Assembly (NCBI GenBank): GCA_021814695.1 | Contig: JAKAHY010000004.1 | Span: 24,481 to 88,480 of the forward strand | Direction of reading: 5' to 3' | DNA: 64,000 nt | DNA from: a bacterium | GTDB lineage: Bacteria > Patescibacteriota > Minisyncoccia > UBA6257 > JAGOQP01 | Part shown: piece after piece, positions 45,722 to 55,270 of the stretch | How the letters are laid out: every line of letters begins with the position of its first letter | Numbering within the stretch: the first letter of the stretch is position 1 | Notes under the pieces: generated by a model | Databases searched by the model: none | What the model was told of the DNA's origin: nothing | Seen by the model: the letters and a program-made list of their open reading frames with translations, nothing else | Position numbers and translations under genes: made by a program

Positions 45722-45750
45722 TTGACTTGTTAAGGGTATGTTGGTATTCT
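45722..45750 (+). promoter_or_regulatory. Candidate sigma70-type promoter for nusA
   Basis: TTGACT (45722-45727), a 17-nt spacer and TATTCT (45745-45750). It is followed by a leader hairpin plus a U-rich tract before the nusA ATG. Confidence 0.4.
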
Positions 45751-45805
45751 AATAACGATCAGATCCGCCGCGAGAGCGGATTATTTATTAGATAAAATAA
45801 AAATT

Positions 45806-46993
45806 ATGTTTGATATAAAAGCATTAAATCGGGCGATAGAGCAGTTGGCTAGCGAAAAAGACCTCGAGGCTTCGCAGGTTTTAGAGGCGGTAGAGGCGGC
45901 TCTGGCGTCTGCTTATAAAAAAGAATATGAGAAGAGAGGCGAAGTCGTTCGTTGTGTTTTGGATGTTAAAAAAGGAGATATAAAATTTTTTCAGGTAAAA
46001 ACAGTTGTCGATGAGACCACCGTCAGATTTCAGGAAGAAGGGCAGGAGGTTCCAGAACCGGTTTCAAAAGAGGAAGAAGAACAATTATTGCCACTCTACA
46101 ATCCGGAAAGACACATGCTTTTGGATGAAGCAAAAGAAATCAAAAAAGACGCCGTTGTGGGCGATGAGCTCCATTTTGATTTACCTTCGCCCTCATCCGA
46201 TTTCGGAAGAATCGCCGCTCAAACCGCCAAGCAGGTTATTTTGCAGAAACTTCGCGAGATTGAAAAATCGGCAGTTAAATCCGAATTTGAAAATAAGTCA
46301 GGGCAGTTGGTAACCGGGACTGTTCAGCGCATTGAGCGAGGGAATGTTTTTGTGGATTTAGGGAAGGCTTCGGGAGTGATGTTTTTTTCCGAATCAATAC
46401 CGGGCGAACATTATCGAATCGGTGAACGTCTTAAGTTCTATCTGCTCTCGGTTCAAGAGGGAGGACGTGGTCCTCAGCTGATATTGTCGCGTTCTCATCC
46501 AAGATTTATTGCCAAGCTTTTTGAATTGGAAGTTCCCGAAATTTCCGATGGAATAGTTCAGGTTAAAGGCATTGTCCGGGAACCGGGAAGTCGTACCAAA
46601 ATAGCGGTAGTTTCTACCGCCGAAGGAGTGGATCCGGTCGGAGCTTGTGTCGGACAGCGGGGGGCTCGGGTTATGGCGGTTAACGGCGAAGTCGGAAACG
46701 AAAAAATCGATATTATAGAATGGTCGGAAGATCCTTCTCAATACGTATCCAATTCTCTTTCTCCCGCGACGGTAACATCTGCCGAACTTAAGGATAGGCA
46801 CGAAGCTTTGGTGTTGGTGCCTGAAGATCAATTAAGCTTGGCTATTGGAAAAGGAGGGCAGAACGTGCGTTTAGCGGCAAAGCTTACCGGGTATAAGATA
46901 GACGTCAGGTCCCAATCTAATCCCGGCGCTCAACAAGAAGGCGGAGTTGCCGCGGTTGAGGAAGAAAAGAATAATGAGTCGGTTGAAGAATAA
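45806..46993 (+). CDS. nusA: Transcription termination/antitermination factor NusA
   Basis: 395 aa. The N-terminal domain is followed by S1 (GQLVTGTVQRIERGNVFVDLG) and two KH domains (GACVGQRGARV; LAIGKGGQNVRLAAKLTGYKIDV). The C-terminus is acidic. Confidence 0.9.
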   Translation: MFDIKALNRAIEQLASEKDLEASQVLEAVEAALASAYKKEYEKRGEVVRCVLDVKKGDIKFFQVKTVVDETTVRFQEEGQEVPEPVSKEEEEQLLPLYNPERHMLLDEAKEIKKDAVVGDELHFDLPSPSSDFGRIAAQTAKQVILQKLREIEKSAVKSEFENKSGQLVTGTVQRIERGNVFVDLGKASGVMFFSESIPGEHYRIGERLKFYLLSVQEGGRGPQLILSRSHPRFIAKLFELEVPEISDGIVQVKGIVREPGSRTKIAVVSTAEGVDPVGACVGQRGARVMAVNGEVGNEKIDIIEWSEDPSQYVSNSLSPATVTSAELKDRHEALVLVPEDQLSLAIGKGGQNVRLAAKLTGYKIDVRSQSNPGAQQEGGVAAVEEEKNNESVEE

Positions 46994-47030
46994 GTATTAA
47001 AATTAAAGATTAATTAATAATTATTATTTT

Positions 47031-49007
47031 ATGACTACGTGGTTTTCATCCTTAGTTATTTTTATTCCGGTCGTTTTGGCTTTGGCCTACAGCCTGTTTT
47101 TAGCTTTGTGGCTGATGAAACAATCTTCGGGTGACAAAGAGATGGTTGAGCTGTCAAAAGCGATACATGAGGGCTCTATGGCGTATCTCAATCGACAATA
47201 TAAAACAGTTGCTTTGGTTGCGGTAGTGTTATTTGTTGCAATTGCCCTACTTTTGGGATGGAAAACGGGGGTCGGATTTGTTTTGGGAAGCATCGCCTCG
47301 GCCCTTACCGGATATATCGGGATGAATGTTGCGGTCAGGGCCAATTCAAAGACGGCCGAAGCGGCAAAAAACGGAATGGGCAAAGCACTCTCGCTGGCGT
47401 TTCGGGCCGGTTCGGTCACGGGACTGTTGGTTACGGCTTTAGGATTACTTGCCGTAGCCGGATGTTATTTTGCATTTGGAAAAGATATAGGGGTGCTTAT
47501 CGGGCTTAGTTTTGGAGCCAGCTTGATTTCGATTTTTGCCCGTCTTGGGGGAGGAATTTATACCAAAGCAGCCGATGTCGGAACTGATTTAGTCGGAAAG
47601 GTGGAAGCTGGTATTCCGGAAGATGATCCGAGAAATCCCGGAGTTATTGCCGACAATGTCGGCGATAATGTCGGCGACTGTGCAGGAATGGCTGCCGATC
47701 TTTTTGAAACTTATGCCGTGACTTTGACTGCCGGAATCTTATTGGGATCAATCACCGCCGGGACTACCGGTTCTATAGAGTTTCCCCTGCTTATCGGTGG
47801 TGTTTCCATCATTGCCTCGATTCTCGGATCGTTTTTCGTCCGTCTCGGAAAAAATGGCTCAATAATGGGAGCTCTTTATAAAGGCCTTATCGCTTCGCTT
47901 ATTTTTTCAGCGGTGGGATTTTATTTTATTTCCGAATATACGTTTGGGGCCGGATATGTAAAAATATTTTTGGCTTCTCTCATCGGACTTGCCGTTACCG
48001 GGCTAATGGTCGTCGCTACCGATTATTATACGGCAAAAAAATTCAGGCCCGTAGAATCGATAGCTGAAGCGGCAAAATCGGGACATGGTACGAATATAAT
48101 CATAGGAATTTCTGTCGGAATGGAATCTACTTTGATCCCGGCGATAATAATTACCTTGGCGATTCTCGGAAGCTTTATGTTGGGCGGAATATACGGAGTT
48201 GCTATCGCATCGGTGGCAATGCTTTCGGTGGCGGGGATTATCGTTTCAATTGATTCGTTCGGGCCAATCACCGATAACGCCGGAGGAATTGCGGAGATGA
48301 CTAATCAGCCGGAGGATGTCAGAAAAATTACCGATGCATTGGATGCCGTCGGCAATACAACCAAGGCCGTTACCAAAGGTTATGCCATTGCTTCCGCAGG
48401 TTTGGCGGCATTGGTTTTGTTCTCAAGCTATGCCAGCGAGTCCAAAAACTCGATTTTTGATTTAAGCAATCACAAAGTTTTAATCGGTCTGATTCTGGGA
48501 GCGGCCATGGTTTATATTTTCGGAGCTTTGACACTGCGTTCTGTGGGAAGAGCTGCCGGTGCCGTAGTTGAAGAAATTAGAAGGCAATTTAGAGAAATAA
48601 AAGGAATTATGGAAGGAACGGCAAAGCCGGAATACGGTAAGGCGGTGGACATCGTTACCAAAGCGGCAATTAAAGAGATGATTATTCCGGCACTGATTCC
48701 TATCGTTGGAGTGCTTCTGGTTGGATTTATTTTTGGATCTCAAGCCTTGGGAGGATTGCTTATGGGAGTTATCGTGTGCGGTTTATTTATGGCATTGTCT
48801 ATGACTGCAGGAGGAGCGGCTTGGGATAATGCAAAAAAATATATTGAGGATGGAAACTTCGGAGGCAAGGGCTCGGAAGCCCACAAGGCGGCAGTAACCG
48901 GTGATACTGTCGGTGATCCTTATAAAGACACAACCGGACCGGCAATCAATCCTTTGATTAAGGTGGTAAATATTATCGCTTTGCTGATTGTTAAATTCTT
49001 GAGATAA
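47031..49007 (+). CDS. hppA: Membrane-bound H+/Na+-translocating pyrophosphatase
   Basis: 658 aa with about 15 TM segments and the signature motifs [21 protein letters not shown] and [12 protein letters not shown]. Confidence 0.9.
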   Translation: MTTWFSSLVIFIPVVLALAYSLFLALWLMKQSSGDKEMVELSKAIHEGSMAYLNRQYKTVALVAVVLFVAIALLLGWKTGVGFVLGSIASALTGYIGMNVAVRANSKTAEAAKNGMGKALSLAFRAGSVTGLLVTALGLLAVAGCYFAFGKDIGVLIGLSFGASLISIFARLGGGIYTKAADVGTDLVGKVEAGIPEDDPRNPGVIADNVGDNVGDCAGMAADLFETYAVTLTAGILLGSITAGTTGSIEFPLLIGGVSIIASILGSFFVRLGKNGSIMGALYKGLIASLIFSAVGFYFISEYTFGAGYVKIFLASLIGLAVTGLMVVATDYYTAKKFRPVESIAEAAKSGHGTNIIIGISVGMESTLIPAIIITLAILGSFMLGGIYGVAIASVAMLSVAGIIVSIDSFGPITDNAGGIAEMTNQPEDVRKITDALDAVGNTTKAVTKGYAIASAGLAALVLFSSYASESKNSIFDLSNHKVLIGLILGAAMVYIFGALTLRSVGRAAGAVVEEIRRQFREIKGIMEGTAKPEYGKAVDIVTKAAIKEMIIPALIPIVGVLLVGFIFGSQALGGLLMGVIVCGLFMALSMTAGGAAWDNAKKYIEDGNFGGKGSEAHKAAVTGDTVGDPYKDTTGPAINPLIKVVNIIALLIVKFLR

Positions 49008-49033
49008 ATTATTATTATTCGTTATACAAACGA

Positions 49034-49055
49034 GGTGGCATTTTGCCACCTTTTT
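49034..49055 (+). terminator. Rho-independent terminator after hppA
   Basis: GGTGGCA-TTT-TGCCACC hairpin followed by TTTTT. Further palindromes follow it. Confidence 0.65.
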
Positions 49056-49110
49056 GGTCAGAAAAAGGTGGCGCCTAAAACCCTGCCTGCCGGCAGGCAG
49101 GTCCCAGGCG
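49056..49110. repeat. Nested palindromic region downstream of hppA
   Basis: CCACCTTTTT-GGTCAG-AAAAAGGTGG (10-bp arms) overlaps the terminator. A perfect 20-nt palindrome CCTGCCTGCCGGCAGGCAGG (49082-49101) is enclosed by CGCCT…AGGCG. Confidence 0.5.
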
Positions 49111-49260
49111 TTACATATTTTCATAGCAAGTCGGATTCACATTTCGCCTTTGTTTTAACTCGCCCTTGCTTTGCTTGGGCTCAAACAATAAGACAAACCA
49201 AACAGCTCATATTTATCCAAACTTGTTTGATTCGAATATATAGCCTGTTTTTTAAGAATC

Positions 49261-49288
49261 TTGCAAAGGCACTTGTTTTGGCTATAAT
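49261..49288 (+). promoter_or_regulatory. Candidate sigma70-type promoter for clpP
   Basis: TTGCAA (49261-49266), a 16-nt spacer and TATAAT (49283-49288), about 40 nt upstream of the clpP ATG. Confidence 0.5.
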
Positions 49289-49328
49289 TTCTAATGTACT
49301 AATTATTATTTACTGATTACCAATTTAT

Positions 49329-49913
49329 ATGAGTTTAATTCCAATGGTCATAGATAAGTCTCCTTACGGAGAAAGGGCGTATGATATTTATTCAAGGCTT
49401 TTGAAAGAGCGCATCATCTTTATCGGGGGACCGATCACTGATGACGAGGCTAATGCGGTTATTGCTCAGCTTTTGTTTTTGGACCACGAGGATTCAAAAA
49501 AGGATATCCAAATATACATCAACAGCCCGGGCGGCTCGGTAACTGCAGGTCTGGCGATTTATGACACGATGCAGCACGTTAAGCCGGATGTTTCCACAAT
49601 TTGTGTAGGGATGGCCGCTTCAATGGGAGCTGTTTTGCTGGCAGCCGGCAAAAAAGGAAAGCGATTCGCTTTGCCTAATTCTCAGATTCTTATCCATCAG
49701 GTTATGGGAGGCGCCGAAGGACAGGCGACCGAAATCGAAATAACGGCTCGGCAAATTCTAAAAATAAAAGACAAGCTCAATCAGATTCTTTCCAAACACG
49801 CGGATCAATCCTTAACAAAAATAGAAAAAGATACCGACCGTGACTACTACATGAGCTCACAGGAGGCTAAGGAGTATGGCCTTATAGATGAAATTATTAA
49901 AGCTAAACGATAA
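49329..49913 (+). CDS. clpP: ATP-dependent Clp protease proteolytic subunit
   Basis: 194 aa with the catalytic Ser in [10 protein letters not shown] and the conserved [18 protein letters not shown]…ILIHQ. No clpX is adjacent. Confidence 0.9.
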   Translation: MSLIPMVIDKSPYGERAYDIYSRLLKERIIFIGGPITDDEANAVIAQLLFLDHEDSKKDIQIYINSPGGSVTAGLAIYDTMQHVKPDVSTICVGMAASMGAVLLAAGKKGKRFALPNSQILIHQVMGGAEGQATEIEITARQILKIKDKLNQILSKHADQSLTKIEKDTDRDYYMSSQEAKEYGLIDEIIKAKR

Positions 49914-49944
49914 AAGTTTTCCTACAAAATTCAAAACACCCGCT

Positions 49945-49969
49945 TTCGCGGGTGTTTTTGATGCCGTTT
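49945..49969 (+). terminator. Rho-independent terminator after clpP
   Basis: ACACCCGC-TTTC-GCGGGTGT hairpin followed by TTTTT. Confidence 0.65.
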
Positions 49970-50012
49970 TATCGTATATGTGTTACAATTAGCTTAATTA
50001 AGCAAAAATATA

Positions 50013-51029
50013 GTGAGTAAAATAGCATTGTTTCAAGCAAAAGGATGGGAGGCCGATTATTTAAAAAGCTCTTTAATCAAAGCCGGATTTGAGTGTGATG
50101 TTTATGAAAACGGAGTTGATCAGTTGCCCGAAAAAAACGATTATGATGCCATTTCTGTTTTTATCGGACCGCATATAGATAAAAATGTTATTGACCACTT
50201 TCCGAATCTTAAATTGATTACTACCCGATCAACCGGGTTTGATCATATTGATCTGGCGTACGCCCGTTCAAAAAACATAGCCCTAGGATATGTCCCTTAC
50301 TATGGAGAAAATACCGTTGCTGAATTTGCGATGGGGCTGATTTTAATGCTGTCCAGAAAATTATATTGGTGCGTCGATAGAGTTAAGCGTCAGGAAGAAT
50401 TTAATTTTGAAGGGCTAATGGGTACGGATTTGAAAGGAAAAACTTTGGGGGTGATTGGCGCAGGCCACATAGGTCAGCATGTTATAAAAATGGCCAAAGG
50501 ATTTGAAATGAACGTTATCGCTTTTGATAGATTTCCAAAACCCGATCTAGCCAAAGAAATGGGATTTGAATATAAATCGATTGATGAAGTTTTGGGGCAG
50601 TCCGACTTTATAACTATCCATTTGTTTTATTCTCCCGAGACACATCATTTCATAAATACCGAGAACATAAAAAAAATAAAAAAAGGAGCCTTTCTTATCA
50701 ATACCGCTCGCGGTCCTTTGGTAGAAGCCAAGGCTCTTGTTATGGCGCTTAAGGAAGGGATTCTTGCCGGCGCCGGGCTGGATGTCATTGAGGAAGAAGA
50801 CATTATGAAAGACGAGAGAGGATTTTGGCTTAACCAGAAAACCGATCAAGGCGCGTCCAATCTTCAGACGGTTTTGATGAATGATATTCTTATGGATATG
50901 CCCAATGTCGTAATTACGCCTCATAATGCCTTCAACACCAAAGAAGCAATAACCAGGATTTTGGACAGTGATATAGAAAATATAAACGGATTTTTCCAGT
51001 CAAAGACGGTTAAATATCCGATAAAATAA
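50013..51029 (+). CDS. D-isomer-specific 2-hydroxyacid dehydrogenase (NAD-binding)
   Basis: 338 aa with a GTG start. The Rossmann motif GKTLGVIGAGHIGQ and the catalytic region (…NTARG…PHNAF) are present. Confidence 0.8.
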   Translation: MSKIALFQAKGWEADYLKSSLIKAGFECDVYENGVDQLPEKNDYDAISVFIGPHIDKNVIDHFPNLKLITTRSTGFDHIDLAYARSKNIALGYVPYYGENTVAEFAMGLILMLSRKLYWCVDRVKRQEEFNFEGLMGTDLKGKTLGVIGAGHIGQHVIKMAKGFEMNVIAFDRFPKPDLAKEMGFEYKSIDEVLGQSDFITIHLFYSPETHHFINTENIKKIKKGAFLINTARGPLVEAKALVMALKEGILAGAGLDVIEEEDIMKDERGFWLNQKTDQGASNLQTVLMNDILMDMPNVVITPHNAFNTKEAITRILDSDIENINGFFQSKTVKYPIK

Positions 51030-51034
51030 AATTT

Positions 51035-51733
51035 ATGGCAGAAAGGATGCCTTCCGCCGGCAATCAGCTGGAAGAGAAAGAAGAGAGGGAAAATTATCGC
51101 AAAGAGATTGAGGGCGAAATTTTAAGAGGGATTAAAGAGGGAAAGAGCCGGGAGGAATTAATTAGCAGATTAAAATCACGCATAGTTGATTTCTCTAAAC
51201 ACCGATCACTTGATTTAGAGAGAATACTCCTTGATTTAGATGCTCTCATTGAAGGAGCTGAAAACGATTCAGTTTTTGCAAAAAAGGTGGTAGAAGTTTT
51301 AAATCCGTTGATTGAATTAAAATTTTCCAATCCGAAAGTTTTTGCATCTGCGCTGGAAGCGATTTCTAGAGAAAATTTTATAAAACGGGGCGGGTTTGAA
51401 CCGCTTAACCAGCTACTCTCTTTTGATGTTGGGCCTGATGGAAAATATTTTAACATTCATATTGCTCCCAATAAGGAAACAGAAAACAAATTGGAACTTT
51501 TGAAGGATGGTTTGCACAGATTAGCCGAAAAAGTTGAGGCTGATGGAAAGATAGAAAGAGTTGAGGCGACCTCCTGGATTGTCGCCGAGCATCCGAACCT
51601 TCTTATGAGGATGGGATTTGAAATTCGCGGCAATGTTGATGAGGAAACCAGGAGAAAAATGTTTCCTCACGAAAACAGAGCCGTTGCTTCCGCGTTTATT
51701 ATCAGAGAAGAGTTTTTAAAAAGATATTTATGA
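51035..51733 (+). CDS. Hypothetical protein (232 aa)
   Basis: Soluble, charged N-terminus. It is translationally close to the upstream dehydrogenase. No recognisable motif. Confidence 0.4.
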   Translation: MAERMPSAGNQLEEKEERENYRKEIEGEILRGIKEGKSREELISRLKSRIVDFSKHRSLDLERILLDLDALIEGAENDSVFAKKVVEVLNPLIELKFSNPKVFASALEAISRENFIKRGGFEPLNQLLSFDVGPDGKYFNIHIAPNKETENKLELLKDGLHRLAEKVEADGKIERVEATSWIVAEHPNLLMRMGFEIRGNVDEETRRKMFPHENRAVASAFIIREEFLKRYL

Positions 51734-51744
51734 TAAAATAAAAA

Positions 51745-51768
51745 ATAAATGGCCCGATGGGCCATTTT
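51745..51768. terminator. Bidirectional terminator between convergent genes
   Basis: ATGGCCC-GAT-GGGCCAT hairpin flanked by an A-run on the plus side and a T-run on the minus side. It lies between the 51733 (+) and 51768 (-) stops. Confidence 0.6.
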
Positions 51769-52208
51769 CATTTACCGTTGCCGTTCATTTTGGCGATTCC
51801 TATTTTAACTAAAGCTTTGTCCCAGTTATCTATCAGGACTCTTTTACCCTCTTGAATTACCGGGGAATTTTCCACGAAACGATTGATTGATTTGTGGAAA
51901 ATCAGCACAAACATGGAATATCCTATCAAGCTCCAGAAACCCCATGAATGGATAAGCGGATACAAAAGCCGAGGGTGTTCGATTGTGTCTTTAACCAGTG
52001 GAAGAATTGGGGCGCAGAATATGGCCGTGAAGATATAAAACATCCAAATCCTGGTCCAATAAGAGAACTTTATTTTGGAGTGTTTTAGCCTGTAGGCGAA
52101 TATCGGATATACTAGAAAAATCCAGATAGTAGGAATAATCGGCAATATGATCAGCAGAATCAAAGGCCCTAAGATAAATTCAACGGGCGTTGCCACCCAG
52201 TTGGGCAA
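51768..52208 (-). CDS. Hypothetical small membrane protein (146 aa, about 4 TM)
   Basis: Hydrophobic helices and W/Y-rich loops. No known motif. Confidence 0.4.
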   Translation of the reverse strand: MPNWVATPVEFILGPLILLIILPIIPTIWIFLVYPIFAYRLKHSKIKFSYWTRIWMFYIFTAIFCAPILPLVKDTIEHPRLLYPLIHSWGFWSLIGYSMFVLIFHKSINRFVENSPVIQEGKRVLIDNWDKALVKIGIAKMNGNGK

Positions 52209-52233
52209 TTAGCCTCCGGTGTTATGAACTGGA

Positions 52234-52737
52234 TTAAAGATACTTTTTTTTACGGCTCTTGTCTAATAATTCATACGCAGCAATTCCGAACGCCACCGAA
52301 ACATTCAGAGACTCTTTTTTTCCAATCATTGGGATTTCGATTATCCGATCACAATGTTTGAGTATTGATTTTGAGATTCCCCTGACTTCGTCTCCGACAA
52401 TTAACGCCATTTTGGAACTTTTATTTTTTAATTTTGAATATGGGACGGAGCGCTTGTCTTGTTCAAGCGCAATAATTTTATACCCGTCGTTTTTCAGTTT
52501 TTTTATAAGAGAGATAGTTTTAAGCGGGGACACAGAACTTCCTACCTTCTCCCAGTCTATGTAATCCTCCGCTCCGAGCGCTACTTTAGCCAATTCCTTG
52601 CGCTTGGTTGAAAATCTATCCAAAGGAGTCGGGGTGATTCCACAAAGATAAATCTTTTCAAATCCGGCGGCATCGGCGGTTCTGAAAATTGACCCGACGT
52701 TGTAGAGGCTCCTTATATTTTGCAAAATAGCAATCAT
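52234..52737 (-). CDS. SpoU/TrmH-family RNA 2'-O-methyltransferase (TrmL-like size)
   Basis: 167 aa. The SPOUT motifs NVGSIFRTADAAG, ALIVGDEVRGI and IEIPMIGKKESLNVSVAFGIAAYEL are present. Confidence 0.75.
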   Translation of the reverse strand: MIAILQNIRSLYNVGSIFRTADAAGFEKIYLCGITPTPLDRFSTKRKELAKVALGAEDYIDWEKVGSSVSPLKTISLIKKLKNDGYKIIALEQDKRSVPYSKLKNKSSKMALIVGDEVRGISKSILKHCDRIIEIPMIGKKESLNVSVAFGIAAYELLDKSRKKKYL

Positions 52738-52788
52738 GAGGGTAGTATAATCAGCAGTTCACAACATCACAAGGGAGCGTGCACGGAA

Positions 52789-53085
52789 ATGGAAGACGGA
52801 ATACTTTCCCGGACGCATGATCCAAAATTGGACAAAGCAAGGGTCAGATTCATCAAAGATGTGGATGCGATTTCCGCCGACGAAAACAATTCTATGCCAA
52901 GGATAAAAATTCCCAAAGGAACAATCGGAATTTTAACCGGCGGTGAAACGAAAAGAATCTTCGGCGGAACGATGTATTTCTATTTTACGGTCAAGGTTGG
53001 CCTTTGCCGAGAGGGCTCTAAGTCGATCCATCTGATATCGGTTCTTTCCGATAGCCTTCATTTCAGCTTGGTAGATATTAATTAA
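52789..53085 (+). CDS. Hypothetical small protein
   Basis: I trimmed this ORF to the internal ATG at 52789 so it no longer overlaps the divergent trmH-like gene. A hairpin plus T-run follows at 53091-53117. The coding status is uncertain. Confidence 0.3.
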   Translation: MEDGILSRTHDPKLDKARVRFIKDVDAISADENNSMPRIKIPKGTIGILTGGETKRIFGGTMYFYFTVKVGLCREGSKSIHLISVLSDSLHFSLVDIN

Positions 53086-53090
53086 CACAA

Positions 53091-53117
53091 AGAGGGACTC
53101 GGGCCCTCTATTTTTTT
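53091..53117 (+). terminator. Hairpin plus T-run between the 52789 ORF and glyA
   Basis: AGAGGG…CCCTCT stem followed by ATTTTTTT. A TATAAT at 53121-53126 follows directly. Confidence 0.45.
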
Positions 53118-53167
53118 ATATATAATTAATGCTTGAGAGACGGGATTTTTTGGGGTACCATACAGAA

Positions 53168-54445
53168 ATGTTTAAGGCTTTAAATAAAAAAGACAAATTG
53201 CTTTCGGGATTAATTAAAGACGAGGAATCCAGGCAATCTTGGCAATTGGATTTAATTGCTTCGGAAAATGAAGCTCCTGATCCGGTGCTGGAAATTTTAG
53301 GCTCAAAATTAACCAATAAATATTCCGAAGGATATCCCGGGAAGAGATATTATCCGGGAAATATCTATTATGACAAAATAGAAAAAATGACGCAGCAAAG
53401 AGCGCTAAAACTCTTTTCTCTTTCGGATAAAAATTGGCATGCGAATGTCCAGGCTTATTCGGGAGCGATTGCTAATCTTGCCATCTACTTGGCGGTGCTC
53501 AATGTTGGCGATACGATCTTAAGCATGAATCTGACATCGGGCGGGCATCTATCACACGGATCGAGAGTCAGTTTTACCGGAAAACTTTTCAATGTCGTAA
53601 ATTATGGGGTAGATGAAAATTATAATATCAGTTATTCGGAGATAGAATTTCTAACCAAAAAAATAAAACCGAAGCTTATTATTTCGGGGGCCTCGGCTTA
53701 TCCCAAACAGATAGATTTTGAAAGGATCGGCAAAATTGCCCATAAATTTGGAGCTTATCATTTGGCCGATATTTCCCATTATGCGGGACTTATTTCGGCA
53801 GGACTGTACCCTTCTCCGTTTGAGAATGCTGATTTTGTAACGACAACAATCCATAAATCACTATTCGGTCCGAGGGCGGCCATAATTTTTGCGAATAAAA
53901 AATCAACAATAGCTAAAAAGAATAGAATTGATTTGGCTTTGGCTATAGATAAGTCGGTGTTCCCCGGACTTCAAGGCGGACCTCATAACAATGTTATAGC
54001 GGCGATGGCTTACGGATTGAAGGCGGCATCTGGGCCTAAGGCTAAAAACTATTACAAGCAAGTAATGAAAAATTCGGCGGCTCTTATGGAGGCCATGGCG
54101 GATGAAGGATTTGAGATTGTCGGCGGAGGAACCGGCAGTCATATGTTTCTGGTAAAAACTTTGCCGCTCGGATTAAACGGCGCGGAAGCGGAAAAGATGC
54201 TTGAAAAATCCGGAATTCTGGCCAACAGAAATACAATTGCCGGGGATTCTTCACCTCTTAAACCGTCGGCAATCAGGATAGGAACGTATTCGGTAACGAT
54301 GCGAGGGATGAAAGAAAGAGAGATGAAGACGATAGCCGGCCTTATTTTTGAATCTCTTTTCAAAAAAACAACACCTTCTTCGGTTTCTGATCGGGTTAAG
54401 AGAATGTGCATTAAATTTCCATATAGAGCGGATCTTTTTACATGA
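53168..54445 (+). CDS. glyA: Serine hydroxymethyltransferase
   Basis: The SHMT motifs LDLIASEN…, TNKYSEGYPGKRYY and TTTIHKSLFGPRAAIIF are present. The track start (53129) lies only 2 nt after a TATAAT. The ATG at 53168 (MFKALNKK…) gives the usual N-terminal length. Confidence 0.85.
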   Translation: MFKALNKKDKLLSGLIKDEESRQSWQLDLIASENEAPDPVLEILGSKLTNKYSEGYPGKRYYPGNIYYDKIEKMTQQRALKLFSLSDKNWHANVQAYSGAIANLAIYLAVLNVGDTILSMNLTSGGHLSHGSRVSFTGKLFNVVNYGVDENYNISYSEIEFLTKKIKPKLIISGASAYPKQIDFERIGKIAHKFGAYHLADISHYAGLISAGLYPSPFENADFVTTTIHKSLFGPRAAIIFANKKSTIAKKNRIDLALAIDKSVFPGLQGGPHNNVIAAMAYGLKAASGPKAKNYYKQVMKNSAALMEAMADEGFEIVGGGTGSHMFLVKTLPLGLNGAEAEKMLEKSGILANRNTIAGDSSPLKPSAIRIGTYSVTMRGMKEREMKTIAGLIFESLFKKTTPSSVSDRVKRMCIKFPYRADLFT

Positions 54446-55269
54446 TTAAAATTGATGGAAGAAAAATTGCCCAAGATATAATATCCGAACTGAAATCCCG
54501 TTCCGTTCCGGAGAAGTTTTTTGCGGTTTTTGTTGTAGGTAATAATCCAGCTATTTTGAGTTTTGTCAGACAAAAAGAAAGCGTTGCCAAAGAGCTGGGG
54601 ATAGATTTTAGGATTTATAAATTTGAAGAAAACCTAAGCAACGATCAGTTTAAAGAAAAAATCAGCCAGGTGGTTTTATCAAAGCAATGCGGTGCGGCGG
54701 TTTTGCAGTTGCCTTTGCCTGCGCATATTAATTTCCAGTATGTAATGAACGTAATACCGCCTGAAAAGGATGTTGACGTTCTTTCGGAAAGAAGTTTGGG
54801 CGGTTTCTACTCCGGTCGTTTGAATATTTTTCCGCCAGCAGTATCGGTTATTGCTGAAATTTTGAGGTATAAGAACATAACCATAGATTCGAGCTTAAAA
54901 TTTGCCGTTGTTGGACAGGGGGTGCTTGTCGGAAAGCCGATCGCGACTTGGCTCTCGGGAAAGACCTCGCAGACTATCATTTTAGACAAGGGGAGCGACC
55001 TGGCTGCACTAAAAGAGGCGGATATAGCGATTCTTGGAACCGGACAGTCGGGAATTATTAAAGCCCCGATGCTTAAAAAAAATTCCGGAGTCATCGATTT
55101 CGGATATGGTTTAAATCCCCGGGGGAAAGTTTCGGGAGATTTTGACGAAAGCTCGCTATCCCAGACGGGTGAAAATTATCTGTCGTTCTACACTCCAACT
55201 CCGGGCGGAACAGGACCCATACTTGTCGCCTGCCTGTTTAGGAATTTTTATGACTTGAACCAGAAGTAG
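54442..55269 (+). CDS. folD: Bifunctional methylenetetrahydrofolate dehydrogenase/cyclohydrolase
   Basis: 275 aa, an FolD-like N-terminus and the C-terminal TPTPGGTGPILVACL (the PGGVGP motif). It overlaps the glyA stop by 4 nt. Confidence 0.85.
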   Translation: MIKIDGRKIAQDIISELKSRSVPEKFFAVFVVGNNPAILSFVRQKESVAKELGIDFRIYKFEENLSNDQFKEKISQVVLSKQCGAAVLQLPLPAHINFQYVMNVIPPEKDVDVLSERSLGGFYSGRLNIFPPAVSVIAEILRYKNITIDSSLKFAVVGQGVLVGKPIATWLSGKTSQTIILDKGSDLAALKEADIAILGTGQSGIIKAPMLKKNSGVIDFGYGLNPRGKVSGDFDESSLSQTGENYLSFYTPTPGGTGPILVACLFRNFYDLNQK

Positions 55270-55270
55270 C

